Source: Paraspadella gotoi
Lineage: Eukaryota; Animalia; Chaetognatha
Assembly: GCA_051294375.1 (NCBI GenBank)
Contig: CM119268.1
Location: forward strand, 306,415 to 370,414
Length of the DNA stretch: 64,000 nt
Direction of reading: 5' to 3'
The position numbers and the translations under genes are program-made. The notes beneath the pieces are model-generated. The model was not told where the DNA came from. It searched no databases and worked only from the letters and a program-made list of their open reading frames with translations. Shown in pieces: positions 29,597 to 42,562 of this stretch (its first letter is position 1; every line of letters starts with the position of its first letter).

Positions 29597-30549
29597 GGGT
29601 TAGGGTAGGGTAGGTTAGGGTTAGGGTTAGGGTAGGGTTTAGGGGTTAGGTTAGGGTTAGGGTTAGGGTAGGGTTAGGGTTAGGGTTAGGGCTTAGGTTA
29701 GGTTAGGGTTTAAGGGTTTAGGGTTAGTGTTAAGGGTCAGGTTAGGTTGAGGTTAGGGTAGTTAGGTTAGGGTGTTGGGTTAGGGTTAGTTAGGGTTAGG
29801 TTAGGGTTAGGGGTGTAGGGTTAGGGTAGGGTTAGGGTAGGGTAGGTTAAGGTTAGGGTTAGGGTTAGGGTTGAGGGTTAGGGTAGGGTTAGGATACGTT
29901 AGCGTTAGGGTAGGGTTAGGGTTAGGGTTAGGTTAGGGTTAAGGGTTAGGGTTAGGTAGGTTAGAGGGTTAGGGTAGGGTAAGGGGTTAGGTTAGGTTAG
30001 GGTTAGGGTTAGCGGTTAGGGTTAGGGTTAGGGTAGGTCTACGGCGTCTCCGGTAGGGTTCAGGGTTAGGGTTAGGGTTAGGCTTAGGTTAGGGTTTAGG
30101 GTTTAGGATTACGGAGGCTTAGGGTTAGGGTGTAGTTGGTGTAGGGTAGGAGGTTAGGGTTAGGGTTAGGGTTAGGGTTTAGGTTAGGGTTAGGGGTTAG
30201 GGTTAGGGGGTTAGGGTTAGGTTAGGGTTAGGGTTAGGGTTAGGTTAGGGGTTAGGGGGTTAAGGGTTAGGGTTAGGGTTAGGGTTAGGGTTAGGGGTTA
30301 GGGTTAGGGTTAGGTTAGGTAGGGTTAGGGTTAGGGGGTTAGGGTAGGGGTTAGGGTTAGGGTTAGGGTTAAGGGTTAGGGTTAGGGGGTTAGGGTTAGA
30401 GTTAGGGTTAGGTTAGGGGTTAGGGTTAGGGTTAGGGTTAGGGTTAGGGTTAGGGTTAGGGTTAGGTAGTTAGGGGTTAGGGTTAGGGGGTTAGGGTTTG
30501 AGGGTTAGGGTTGGGTAGGGTTAGGGTTAGGGTTTAGGGTTAGGTTAGG

Positions 30550-30581
<32 letters not shown>

Positions 30582-30771
30582 GCTTAGGTTAGGGGTTATA
30601 GGTTTAGGGGTTAGGGTTAGGGTTAGGGTTAGGGTTAGGGTTAGGGTTAGGGTTAGGGTTAGGGTAGGGTTAGGGTTAGGGTTAGGGTTAGGGGGGTTAG
30701 GGGTTAGGGTTAGGGGTTAGGGTTTAGGGTTAGGGTTAGGGTTGAGGGTTAGGGTTTAGGGTTAGGGGTTC

Positions 30772-30802
<31 letters not shown>

Positions 30803-30863
30803 GGTTTTAGGGTAGGGTTAGGGTTAGGGTAGGTTAGGGTTAGGGTTAGGGTTTAGGGGGTTA

Positions 30864-30895
<32 letters not shown>

Positions 30896-31746
30896 TCAGG
30901 GTTAGGGTTAGGGTTAGGGTTAGGGTTAGGGTTAGGGTTTAGGGTTCAGGGTTAGGGTTAGGGTTTAGGGGGTTAGGGTTAGGGTTAGGGTTAGGGTTAG
31001 GGGGTTAGGGTTAGGGTTAGGGTTAGGGTTAGGGTTTAGGGTTAGTAGGGAGTTAGGGTTAGGTTAGGCGTTAGGTAGGTTAGGGTTAGGGTTAGGGTTA
31101 GGGTTAGGGTTTAGGGTTAGGTTAGGGTTAGGGTTAGGGTTAGGTTAGGGTTAGGGTTAGGGTTAGGGTTAGGGGTTAGGGTTAGGGTTGGTTAGGGTTT
31201 AGGGTTAGGGTTAGGTTAGGGTTGGTTACGGGTTAGGGTTAGGGTTACGGGTGGGTTAGGGTTAGGGGTTAGGGTTAGCGGTTCAGTTAGGTTCAGGGTT
31301 AGGGGTAGGGGTTTACGGGTTTGGGTTAGCGGTTAGGGTTTAGGGTTAGGGTTAGGGCGGTTAGGTTTAGGGTTAGGGTATGGGTTGGGTTAGGGTTAGG
31401 GTTAGGCTGTTAGGGTTAGGGTTAGGGTTAGGGTTAGCGAGGTTAGGGTATCAGGGTCTAGGAGGCGTAGTTATGTAGGGGGGGTTAGGCCTAGGTTAGG
31501 GTTGATTAGGCGTTAGGCGTTAGGGTAGGGTAGGTAGGTTTTAGGGTTAGGGTTAGGCTTGGTTAGGGTTAGGGTTAGGGTTAGGGTGTTAGGGTTGCCA
31601 GGTTAGGCGTAGGGTTAGGGTTAGCGGTTAGGGTCGGGGTTAGGGGTTAGGGTTAGCGGTTAGGCGTTATTAGGTAGGTTAGGGGTTAGGCGTTAGGGCG
31701 TTTAGGGGTTGTTAGGGTTAGTTAGGGTTAGGGTTAGGGTTAGGTT
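29597..31746 (+). repeat. Telomeric repeat array (TTAGGG)n, ~2.1 kb
   Basis: Continuous TTAGGG with indel noise typical of an unpolished long read. Confidence 0.95.
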
Positions 31747-32438
31747 ATTGGGTTGTAGTGATAGCGATATAAAACTCCACTTCTGGAAGCACGCTGACTG
31801 TCGAACGTGCCTTGACGAGCTGTTGGAGGTTACGTAGGGGAAAGTCCTGCAGGGCCAGAGAGGGCACTCGAAGCTTCGAAGGACGTCCACACAAGAAGTG
31901 ACGCGAAGATTGGGCGCGCGTGGCGTGAATAGACAATCGCCGTGACGTTAACTTCGACCAAAAAAGTTTATTTTCCAGTAGTTTCTGGACCTTGATAATA
32001 AAAGTTCGAGTAACGAATTAAATTTGGCGTTTTAAGTAAAATTCAGGACATACCTTAATTTAAAATAATCAAAGCATCATAGAATATTCATACTGCCTTT
32101 TGTCGAGCAAGCATGGAAATATCTATATATGTATAAATGCAATGGACATAATATTTGCGACTTATAAGCAAGATAATAAGATAATAGAGCAATGTTGAGA
32201 CTTACTAATAGGCTTAGTAATTCGCGAAGGTTTTTCATAAGTAAATGAATTGTAGAAAAGATTCAATAGCTGGATTTCAGCCATAAGTAGAACAGTAGAA
32301 TCAGCTGATGAATCCCTGTTTTGGCATCAGATTCGCTCTTTTGTTATGATAAAACAAAAGGTAAACAAAATACTAATGAAAACGTGATGCTTCAATCTAA
32401 ATATAAAGATTAACAGTAGTAGAAAAATCTTTGTTTAC

Positions 32439-32512
32439 GCGCAGATGGCACAATTGGCTTGAGGCTCTGGCAATGATACAGCGGTCCCGAGTTCGAGACT
32501 GAGTCGCTGCTT
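32439..32512 (+). pseudogene. tRNA-like sequence (SINE head or tRNA pseudogene) in the inter-telomeric spacer
   Basis: A-box TGGCACAATTGG, B-box GAGTTCGAGAC, GCAG/CTGC closing stem, and a T-run downstream. Confidence 0.45.
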
Positions 32513-32655
32513 CCTTTTATTTATTTATAATTTACATTATACAATCGATTCTAAAACATAACGATTGATTTTCAGAGTAAAAATATCGATCGGCCTTGGC
32601 CGTCGGCAATTCATCAATAATTTCGTGGAGGATTTATCTCGGGTTCAAATCCCAC

Positions 32656-33793
32656 AGGGTTAGGTTAGGGTTAGTTAGGTAGTTAGGTTTAGCTAGCGCG
32701 TTAAGGGGTTAGGGTAGGGTTTAGGGTTAGGCGTTAGGGTTAGCGGTTAGGGTTAGGGTGTAGTTAGGGGTTAGGGTTAGGGTTAGGGTTAGGGTTAGGG
32801 TTAGGGTTAGGGTTTAGGTTAAGGTTAGGGTTAGGGTTTAGGGGTTTAGGGTTAGGGTTAGTGGTTCAGGGTTAGGTTAGGTTGTTAGGGTTTAGGGTTA
32901 GGGTTAGGGTTAGGGGTTAGGGTTAGGGTTAGGTTAGGGTTAGGGTTCAGGGTTAGGGTTAGGGTTGTAGGGTAGGGTTAGGGCTTAGGGTTAGGGTTGT
33001 TAGGGTTAGGGTTAGGGAGGGTTAGGCAGGGTTGGTTAGGGTTAGGGTTAGGGTTAGGTGTTAGGTTAGGTTTAGGCCGTTAGGGCGGTGTTAGGGGGTT
33101 AGGGTTAGGGTTAGGGTTAGGGTTAGGGTTAGGTTAGGTGTTAGGGTTAGGGTTAGGGTTTAGGTTAGGGTTAGGGGTTAGGGTTAGTAGGGTTAGGGTG
33201 GGTTAGGGTTAGGGTTAGGGTTAGGGGTTGTTAGGGTTGGGGTTAGGGTTAGGGTTAGGTTAGGGTTAGGTTAGGTTAGGGTTAGGGTTAGTTAGGGTTA
33301 GGGTTAGGGTTAGGGTAGGTTAGGGTTAGGGTTAGGGTTTAGGGTTTAGGGTTAGGGTTAGGGTTAGGGTTAGGGTTAGGGTTAGGGTTAGTGTTTAGGG
33401 TTAGGGTTAGGGTTAGGGTTAGGGGTTAGGTTAGGGTTAGGGTTAGGGTTAGGGTTAGGGTTTAGGGTTAGGAGTTAGGGTTAAGGGTAGGGTTAGGGTT
33501 GGTTTAGGGTTAGGGTTAGGTTAGGGTTAGGTTAGGGTTAGGGTTAGGGTTAGGGTTAGGTGTTAGGCAGGGTTAGGGCTTAGGGTTAGGGTTAGGGTTA
33601 GGGTTAGGGTTAGGGTTAGGGTTAGGGTTAGGGTTAGGGTTTATGGGTTACGGGTTAGGTTAGGGTTAGGGTTAGAGGGTTAGGGTTAGGGTTAGGGGTT
33701 AGGGTTAGTAGGGTTAGGGTTAGGGTTACGGTTAGGTGTTAGGGTTAGGGTTAGGGTTAGGTCTAGGGTTAGGGTTAGGGCTTAGGCGTTAGG

Positions 33794-33834
<41 letters not shown>

Positions 33835-33997
33835 GGTTAGGGTTAGGGTTAGGGTTAGGGTTAGGGTTGGAGGGTTAGGGTTAGGGTTAGGGTTAGCGCG
33901 TTAGGGTAGGGTTAGGGTTAGGGTTAGGGTTAGGGTTAGGGTTAGGTTAGGGTTAGGGTTTAGGGTTAGGTGTTAGGGGTTAGGGTAGGGTTAGGTT

Positions 33998-34030
<33 letters not shown>

Positions 34031-34126
34031 TTAGGGTTAGGGTTAGGGTTAGGGTTAGGGTTAGGTTGGGTTAGGGTAGGGTAGGGTAGTTAGGCAGGTG
34101 TTAGGGTTAGGGTTAGGCGTTAGCGG

Positions 34127-34187
<61 letters not shown>

Positions 34188-34547
34188 CGTTAGGGGTTAG
34201 GGTTAGGGTTAGGTAGGGTAGGGTTAGGGTTAGGGTTAGGGTTAGGGTTAGGTTTTAGGGGTTAGGGTTAGGGTTAGGGTTAGGTTAGGGTTAGGGTTAG
34301 GGTTAGGGTTAGGGGTTAGGGTTAGGGTTAGGGTTAGGGTTAGGGGTTAGGGTTAGGGTAGGGTTAGGGTAGGGTTTAGGGTTAGGGTTCTAGGGTTAGG
34401 GTTAGGGTTAGGGTTAGTTAGGTAGGGTTAGGGTTAGGTTTGGTTAGGTGGTTAGGAGTTAGGGTTAGGGTTAGGGTTAGGGTTAGGGTTTAGGGTTGGG
34501 TTAGTGGTTAGCTCGGGTTTAGGTTAGGGTTAGGGTTGCGTTATGGT

Positions 34548-34583
<36 letters not shown>

Positions 34584-34905
34584 GGTTAGGGTTAGGGTTA
34601 GGGTTGGTTAGGGTAGGTTAGGGTTAGGTTCGCTTACGGATGTTGGTAGGCGTTAGGGTTAGCGGTTAGGTGTTGGGTTAGGGTTAGGGTAGCGTTAGGG
34701 TTAGGGTTAGGGTTAGAGGGTTTAGGGTTAGGGGTTAGGGTTAGGGCCTAGGGTTAGGTCGTAAGGGTTAGGGTTAGGGGTTAGGTTAAGGTTAGGGTTT
34801 GGGGTTTAGGGTTAGGTTATGTCTGGTTAGGCGTTAAAGGGTTGGGGTTAGGGCTTAGGTTTAGGGTAGGTAGGGTTACTAGGCGTTAGGAGCGGTTAGG
34901 GTTAG
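32656..34905 (+). repeat. Telomeric repeat array (TTAGGG)n, ~2.2 kb, ending in a 100-N gap
   Basis: Continuous TTAGGG; Ns at 34906-35005. Confidence 0.95.
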
Positions 34906-35231
34906 NNNNNNNNNNNNNNNNNNNNNNNNNNNNNNNNNNNNNNNNNNNNNNNNNNNNNNNNNNNNNNNNNNNNNNNNNNNNNNNNNNNNNNNNNNNNNNN
35001 NNNNNACACTTTCCTACCCACACACAAAATTTCATTCCAATCCAAAAAGCCAATCAGTTATTGGGGCTTTTTGCTAAGGTGGGACGGATGGACGGATTGA
35101 TTGACTGATTAATTAATTAGTGATTAATTAATTGACTAATTGATTAATTATTTGATTTATTAATACATCCTAAATATACATTTGATATAAAAGGAAAAAA
35201 AATCATAATCAATTAGTGAAATGATTTGTCG

Positions 35232-35266
35232 CTGAAGAAGGCTTGCATCCAAAGCCGAAACATGTA
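35232..35266 (+). ncRNA. Hammerhead-like motif, same family as 8940
   Basis: CTGAAGA-A-GGCTT..AAGCC-GAAACATGTA followed by AATAAA; stem I is poor. Confidence 0.45.
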
Positions 35267-35370
35267 CATTTTCTATGAAAAATAAAATTCGTTGTGAACC
35301 AAAACCATTTTGCCTCAATACATATAACAACGAATAGGTTATTACCACTATAAATAAACAATTTATAATT

Positions 35371-36116
35371 TTTTAGTCAGATAGATCTCGACTCTATAAT
35401 TCACTTTGTCGGTCAGTCGATCCGCCCCCTCAACCTTGTGGGCATTCATTTATATCATGTCAGAACATTGAATTATGATAATTTATGCATAAAAAATAAT
35501 GTCTGTCCATCCGTCCGTCTTTCTATCTGTCTGTCTGTGTGTCTGTCTCTCTGTCTGTCTGTCTCTCTGTCTGTCTGTCTGTCCATCCGTCCGTCCTTCC
35601 CACCTTAGCAAAAAATTTCAATTACTCGTGATTGGATGAATGAATTGGAATGAAATTCTGTGTGTGAGTAGGGAAGTGTGTGATTGTGCTGGATATGAAG
35701 TTTTGATAGAATCGTCCGAGTGGAAATGGGTTTAAATGAAAAAAAAATATTTCACTAATTGAACGCCAATTACTCATGGGTGAATGTGGCGATTGACTTA
35801 AATTTTTTTATTTGGGTAGAGAAGTGTGTTTTTAAGCTTGAAATCTAATATCGATGGAATCTTCTGAGTGGAAAAGAGTTTAAATGAAAAAAAAACCTTT
35901 TCACTAATTTATTATGCTTTTTTTTCTTTTTATATTAAATGTAAATAAAAGATGTATTAATTAAACATATAATTAATCAGTTAATTGATTAATTAGTAAA
36001 TTAATTAATCAACAATTATTTAATCAGTCCATAATCAATCAATTATTTATTCAATCAATCGTTTTATTTATCTATTAATTAATTATTTAATTAATTATTT
36101 AATCAATAAATAATTA

Positions 36117-36185
<69 letters not shown>

Positions 36186-36414
36186 ATCAATCAATAAAGT
36201 ATGTCAATCGTTATCGGCAATATTGTTGTTGTTGCTATCATCGTCATCATTGCTTTTGTCGTAGTCAGTAACAAAAAGACCTAAAAATTAACATTTCGGA
36301 ACAAATTAATTAAATAATTGCCTAATTAATTAATTAATTAATTAACTTGAATTAATTAATAATTACCGCTAATGATCATGGGCAGATCCGACATTGTTTG
36401 CTCTAACTTGTTTT
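35371..36414 (+). mobile_element. HINE-like element (full-length); a further partial copy lies at 35006-35160
   Basis: Both terminal structures present, plus (GTCT/GTCC)n, duplicated core block and (ATTA)/(ATCA) tracts. Confidence 0.7.
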
Positions 36415-36528
36415 CATACTACTTTTATTACGTAAATTTCGTTGTTTGTTTGTTTTCTTTCTTTGTTTGTAAATGTCATGCGTAAGTTGAATTGGAACAA
36501 TTCACTTAAAACACCTTCATACTAAATT

Positions 36529-39500
36529 ATGAGCAAAAACTATTTAAAAAGAAAAATAAAAGAAACATTTCCTCAAATCAACAAACAAAACAAAAGACTT
36601 GTAATGAAAACGAACGACAGGTAAAGTGTTTTTCAACGTTTTTATGACTATTGGTTAAAGTTTCTTTAATTATGTCCTATATTATTCAAAATTGTTCAAA
36701 ATTATTCATATTGAAAAAGAAAATTGTAATATATATTTTGATTTACAAATACAAATAGTAAAAAATTAATTACTTAACCATGCATTATCAGTAACAAAAT
36801 ATAACACAAAGCAATGTATACGTTCTAAAGTTCATGAAATTGGTACAACCAATATAAATATTAACATTCATTTAATAAATAAGCTATCTTGCCCCTGACT
36901 GTGGACAGACTTTGGTTGTTTAAGGCCTCAATCACTCTTACAAGATAATAACATAACAGGATCCTGCAAGCTTCAAATTAAGACTCTCTCACAGTCTAGT
37001 TTATTCACTCTCTTAGCACCTGGTCTCCCCTTCAATGAAAAGGTATAATTGTTTAAATTATATATATAAAAAATAACTCCCTTAAGTATTAGATAGGGAA
37101 ATACTATGAGGTACTCTGCACCAGCATCAAAACATTTAACCAAAAATTAAATTTGATTTAGCAATGTTCCGCCCAAAGACGGTGCCAGAGCTTGGGCTTC
37201 GTGTGCGTCTTTTTTCTTTATGACTTTTGTGGTCATCGGGAATGCTCGACTACTTGGAATGTTTTTTGAAGAATGGAAATTAGAATTCGGAATTCCAAGA
37301 AGTCAGTCGTCTTGGACGACAGCAACTGGTAACTTTTTTTTAATTTGACAAATTTTTGGGCATACTTCCAATTTGGGTACCCGATTTCTTTTTTAATTCG
37401 TAATTAAACTATTTTTACGATTAAAAAATAATTTAAAAGTTAGGATTAGCAATTAAGGTTATTAATTAATAACAGCTTTAATAACAGATTAAAGTTAAAT
37501 ATTGTGTTTTGACTTTCTTTTCATTGTGTTTTGAATTTAGAAAAAACAAAGTGTTAATTGTTACAAACAACAATTTTGAATATAAATAACGGACATATTT
37601 AGACTTTTTTTACTGATGAAGATTCACAAAAAATAATAGTCAATACATGTCCGCTATTTATATTAAAAATCGTTGTTTGTAACAAATACAACAAATACAA
37701 CAAGTAAAACTTTTTTTTAAAGTTAATTATTTAAATTAATGTTTGTGCCCCTCAATCAGTTTTACTTTTTGTTGGCTGAATAGTTTTTATCAAAGGACGT
37801 TAGGATTTTGGAACTGGATGGTAAGTTTATTTATCAGCAAATTGGCGATAAAGAATGGATATAAAAGTTTGAGTTTATAAAAACGATGGATGAAATTAAT
37901 GATTTTAATTTTAATGTTAAAAGTTTAGGAGAAAAAAAATATATAATACACAATGTTAAAAGTTAAAAACGTGATATTAAAACGAGATTAAAAATGACTT
38001 TAAAACCAACCACCAACGCCGTGTTAAAAGCATTTAACGTCCGGGTTTTTGGGAGGCACTGCATCTGAGTGCATCTGAGTGCATCTGAATGCATCTCTCT
38101 CTCGTGACGTTTTAAACGTTAAAAATAATCATGATATTTCTTCTTTCGGTTCTTTTCTTCTCGGAGAAACGGACGAGGCAGGATCCTGATATCAACTCGT
38201 CGTGTCCCACGCCCACGGTCGTGTCTTGTCATGACCGGTCTAACAATTACTATTAAGTTCCAAGATATAGAAACTGAAAAGAGAGCCTTAACTTATAACT
38301 GAAATAAGCCACTTTTTAAAAAGAAAGCTTTTACTTATAACTGAATTGGACTACTTTTTGAAAAGAGAGTCTTTACTTATAAATGAAATGAGCTACTTTT
38401 TGAAAAGAGAGTATTTTTTTATACCTGAAATGGGCCACTTTTGAAAAGAGAGCCTTTACTTATACCTCATTTAACAGCTTTCTTCATGGTGGGAATAGGA
38501 GGTCCTTTCTCCTCCTTCCTACTTGGATTCTTTTCACCCATGACTCTTTTATTTTTCTCTGGATTAATTTCATCACTTGGATTCATAATAATTTTCTTTG
38601 CAAAATCATTTCCAGTTTTGGTAATCATGGTAAGTCTTAAATGTTTTTTTTTAATTTTTAATATATCATTTGAAAACTATTCAACATTTTTTTTATGTTC
38701 ATGTATACTTTTAGAGTACTTTTTTTCGCCAGTATAAACAACTATCACAAATTTTAATTTTAAACAACTATTCATGTATACATTCGCTCTGTATTGAATA
38801 ATTTCGAATACTATTTTCCGCGAGTCTAAACATTTTTACACTTTTTTGTATTAGTATTATAAAAAAAATCATGATTTCTTTTGCAGAATATGTTAACTTT
38901 TACTGGAGGCGGTATAAGTATTTTTACAACATATATAACGGTTGGCCAGTGGAGTGAAAAATACAGACCAACAATGATAGGTCTTGCAAATTTGGGATCA
39001 CCGTTGGCCGGGATGATTCTGCCACGGTTTTTTGAATTCTTGAAAAATGAATACAGCTGGCGCTGGTAACTTTAGCTATTTTAAAAACAAATAAAAAATG
39101 TCAATTAATATATTCATATCTAAATATTTTTCAGAGTATTTCTCATAGCCGGTGGCTTCTTTCTTAACATATGCGTTGCTGCTATACCACTTCGAAAATA
39201 TCCAATTAAACAAGCTAATGAAAAAAATGGCATTATGGAAACAGGAGCTAAAAAAATACAAAGATATGATCTCAGCATCTTTCGTTTACCTCTTTTTCAA
39301 ATGTTGGTCTTTTACTGCTTATTGCATACTGGCTGTATGTTTGGCATAGTCGGTTTTCATCCATCGATGGCCAATGAGTTGGGGCTTAATGATACTGATA
39401 AATCTTACATTCTTATTTGTTTAGGTAAAATACTTGCAAGTTAATATATAAATTAGTTTAAAAAATAATTATTAAATTACTCTTTAAAATAGGAACTTCA

Positions 39501-40561
39501 GATATGATTTCACGATTTATCATGTCCTTTATTTTGACAATACCAAAATTAAGAAGTCACCTTTCTAAGTTTCTCCTCTTAAATGAAATTTTAATGGGGC
39601 TTGCTTCATTATGGATCGGCTTGTCCAACAATTTTGGAACCCTTGTTGGCGCAAGGTAAAAACCATTTTAAAATTTAAGAAGAAAAAGCTTATTTTAAGA
39701 TGCTATGTAGTTAGGGGTAGCCGCACTCAATGGGGTGAGTCAAAAATTTACAGTGAGTACCTGCTCAAACAAAAATTTATACATTTCTAAATATACTTAC
39801 AATGGACAAACAATTTTTTATATGGCTCTATACCCTAGTAATTTTTTTAAATATTTATTTATAGATAGGAAAGACTAAAAATTATTTTGAGAAATTTTAA
39901 ATTTTAAGACCAGATTCAGATAGCCCATAAAAGTTGTCTGCATGAAGTATAATTTTTTTTTAAATATTTTTTTATGATAAGTAGGTCAAAAATAAGAAAA
40001 ACCTTAAAACTATAATCTATGCTGATGATAGATTTTTTAATGTTGTATACATTAGCATTTAATTTTCATCGGCTATGGCTAATGTAGTTAAACCTAATTT
40101 GAACACTAAATTATGTATAGTTATATAATAATTATAATAATATAATAATTATATATAACTATTATAATATTTACTTGGCCCAATACTAATTTACTTTTAC
40201 ATATCCCCCTTGCAGTATTCTTTTTGGATTCACCTATAGCGTTTGGACAGTTTGCTTTCTCTCTTATTTGGTGGAATTAACTATGCCCCGTCAAATACCA
40301 GTGGCCGTGGGAACGGTTGGGCTGATAAATGCTATTTCCTCGTTATTACTGCCTCCATTTGCGGGATTTATAGCCGATTCCACAAATAAATATGAGACGG
40401 TTTTTTTTGTCTTCGCTTCTCTTCTTTTCATGTCACCAATATGTTTGTTTTTTGTAGTTTTTCTGCAACAAAAAAGGGATGAATACAGGGAAAGAGTCAA
40501 TAAGATAGCATTCGGATTTATTACGACTTTATCTTTAAAGTCGGATTTGGATAAAAAATAA
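36529..40561 (+). CDS. SLC16/monocarboxylate-transporter-like MFS protein, ~462 aa; exons 36529-36620, 37162-37328, 38478-38629, 38887-39065, 39135-39424, 39493-39655, 40216-40561; the exon 4/5 junction reads TGA (possible pseudogene allele or sequence error)
   Basis: PPKDGARAW matches the SLC16 PPDGGWGW motif; also QWSEKYRPTMIGLA, YSWR.VFLIAGG..LN, GTSDMISR and PPFAGFIADST..YE. Multiple hydrophobic helices. GT-AG introns in phase. The first exon is less certain. Confidence 0.85.
38272..38466. repeat. Intronic minisatellite (~37-40-bp unit TTTTGAAAAGAGAGCCTTTACTTATAACTGAAAT...), ~5 copies
   Basis: Tandem copies abutting the 3' splice site at 38477. Confidence 0.75.
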
Positions 40562-41467
40562 ATTTGAACGTAATTTGATTTTGTTTTCATCGAAAATGTG
40601 TATTATAAAAAAGAGCGATAACCATAAATTATTTTTAAATGGATTATATATATAATTATGTTGTTAATATATCAATTGTTTTAGCATTTTAAAATTGGTG
40701 ATTCTTTTTGATTAGTTTAGAGAATAAGTTCTTCTGGAAAACTTTAACATATTATAATATATTAAAACATTACTTTATCACATATAATTTTTAACGTCAT
40801 TTTTAGTGATTTATTAATATTATTATTCGGCAACTTCAACCATCCGTTAACATTTAGTGCCGTTATCAGTATTAAATTGAGCATATACAATTTAAAAAGA
40901 CTATTACGAACATTATTCTAGTTGTTAAGATTAATTCAAATATCGATTTCAAATTTAATTTTTTTGTAGTTATTTATATCCTTAAAAATATATTTATTGA
41001 TTAGGTTAAATTTTTTTTAAATTAATTTTTCGCCTAAAATAATTTTTATCTAATTTTTGAACAACTTAATGAAATAATTTTTAAAGAATATATTTTTTCT
41101 ATCAAATTATTATAGGAAATCCGAATCTCACAAAATTATTTTACAAAAAAAATTGAAATTTCGAGACTTATACGCAAGCAGTGTTTATGAAATAATGCAC
41201 AATTGTCAATTCATAATACAATTTTATTTTAATACAGTAATGTTGATAAATACAAGGTTGTTCATAATTTTATTTAAAGATAAAATGAACTTTTTTTTTA
41301 CTCTTCTCTCGTATACAAGCCGAGGAAAATGCTGGAAACCGAAATAGAAGTTTACGAAAGACTAAAAGAAAAGGAACCACTGGCAACACTAATGGATTCG
41401 CAAACATTTGGTTTTCTCACTCGTATCTTACTCTCTCTCTCTCTCTTTCACTCTCTCTCTCTTTCTC

Positions 41468-41521
<54 letters not shown>

Positions 41522-42242
41522 CTCTGCCAAAAAAATTCCTTCTCTTTTTCGAGTGAGAGAGAAAATCCGGTTGGGAATCCCTCTTCTCGTCGAAGTTAAT
41601 TGGAGCGAAAGAAGAGAAGAGAGGAGAAGAGAATAAATGAGAAGAGAATGAAAGAGAAGAGAAAATAAGAGAAGAGAAGAAAAGAAAATGAAAGAGAATA
41701 GAAGAGAAGTGGAGAGAAGAGAAGAGAAGAGAAGAGAAAAAGAGAAGTGAAGAAAAGTGAATGAGAGAAGCAGAAAACAGAAGCAGAAAGAAAAGAAAAG
41801 AAGAAGATAAAAAAATAGATAAAGAGAAGTGGAGGAGAGAAAAAGAAAAGGATTGAAATAAAAAGACAGAAAAAGAAAAGGATAGAAAGAGAAGGACAGA
41901 AAAAGAAAAGGGTAGAATGATAAGGACAGAAAAAGATAAGGACAGAAAAAGATAGAGAAAAAACATTTAAAAAGAAAATAAAATATTTTGATTTTGACAA
42001 AAAAATGATTTTTCAATTTGACAGAGAAACAAAAAAAATTAGGCAAATTTTCTGAATATCACTGTCATAAATAATCGTCGATTATTGGAATTAATAAACA
42101 TCATATGACTAAAGCAATTACTCAATTAAAATTAAGAGAAAACATGATGAGAAGAAAATTTATTAAAAAAAAAATAGATAATATTGATATGAAACAGAGA
42201 AACTGACATTGTTGCTTCTTTTTAACTCTCTCTCTCTCTTTC

Positions 42243-42302
<60 letters not shown>

Positions 42303-42562
42303 TCCCTTTTTCCTCATCTCTCCAAATGAATCCCACTCAATTCTCAAGTAATTTGTCACTTAGCAGTTTTTTTCCGCAGCTGCTTTACAGCTGACGAAAT
42401 CCAAGAAAGGAAAAGGGTAAATTTTTTTGGTTAAACCTAAAATAAAAAAGAAATTAAAAAAAAATTAAAAAAGTAATATAATAAAAATAATTTGACTAAA
42501 AATAATAAAAAAATATACTGTTTTTTTTTTAAAGCCAACGGACAGGAAAACTAATCATTTTT

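Noticed and set aside
29571-29600. CTAATAACCCCC next to the telomeric array as a telomerase-RNA template
   Set aside because: It does not match the CUAACCCUAA template and no pseudoknot context is visible.
31805-31868. Possible hammerhead in the telomeric spacer (GTGCC-TTGACGAG...GAAA-GTCCTGCAGGGC...GGCAC)
   Set aside because: C3 and the UH cleavage site are missing and stem II does not pair convincingly; it cannot be supported without polished sequence.
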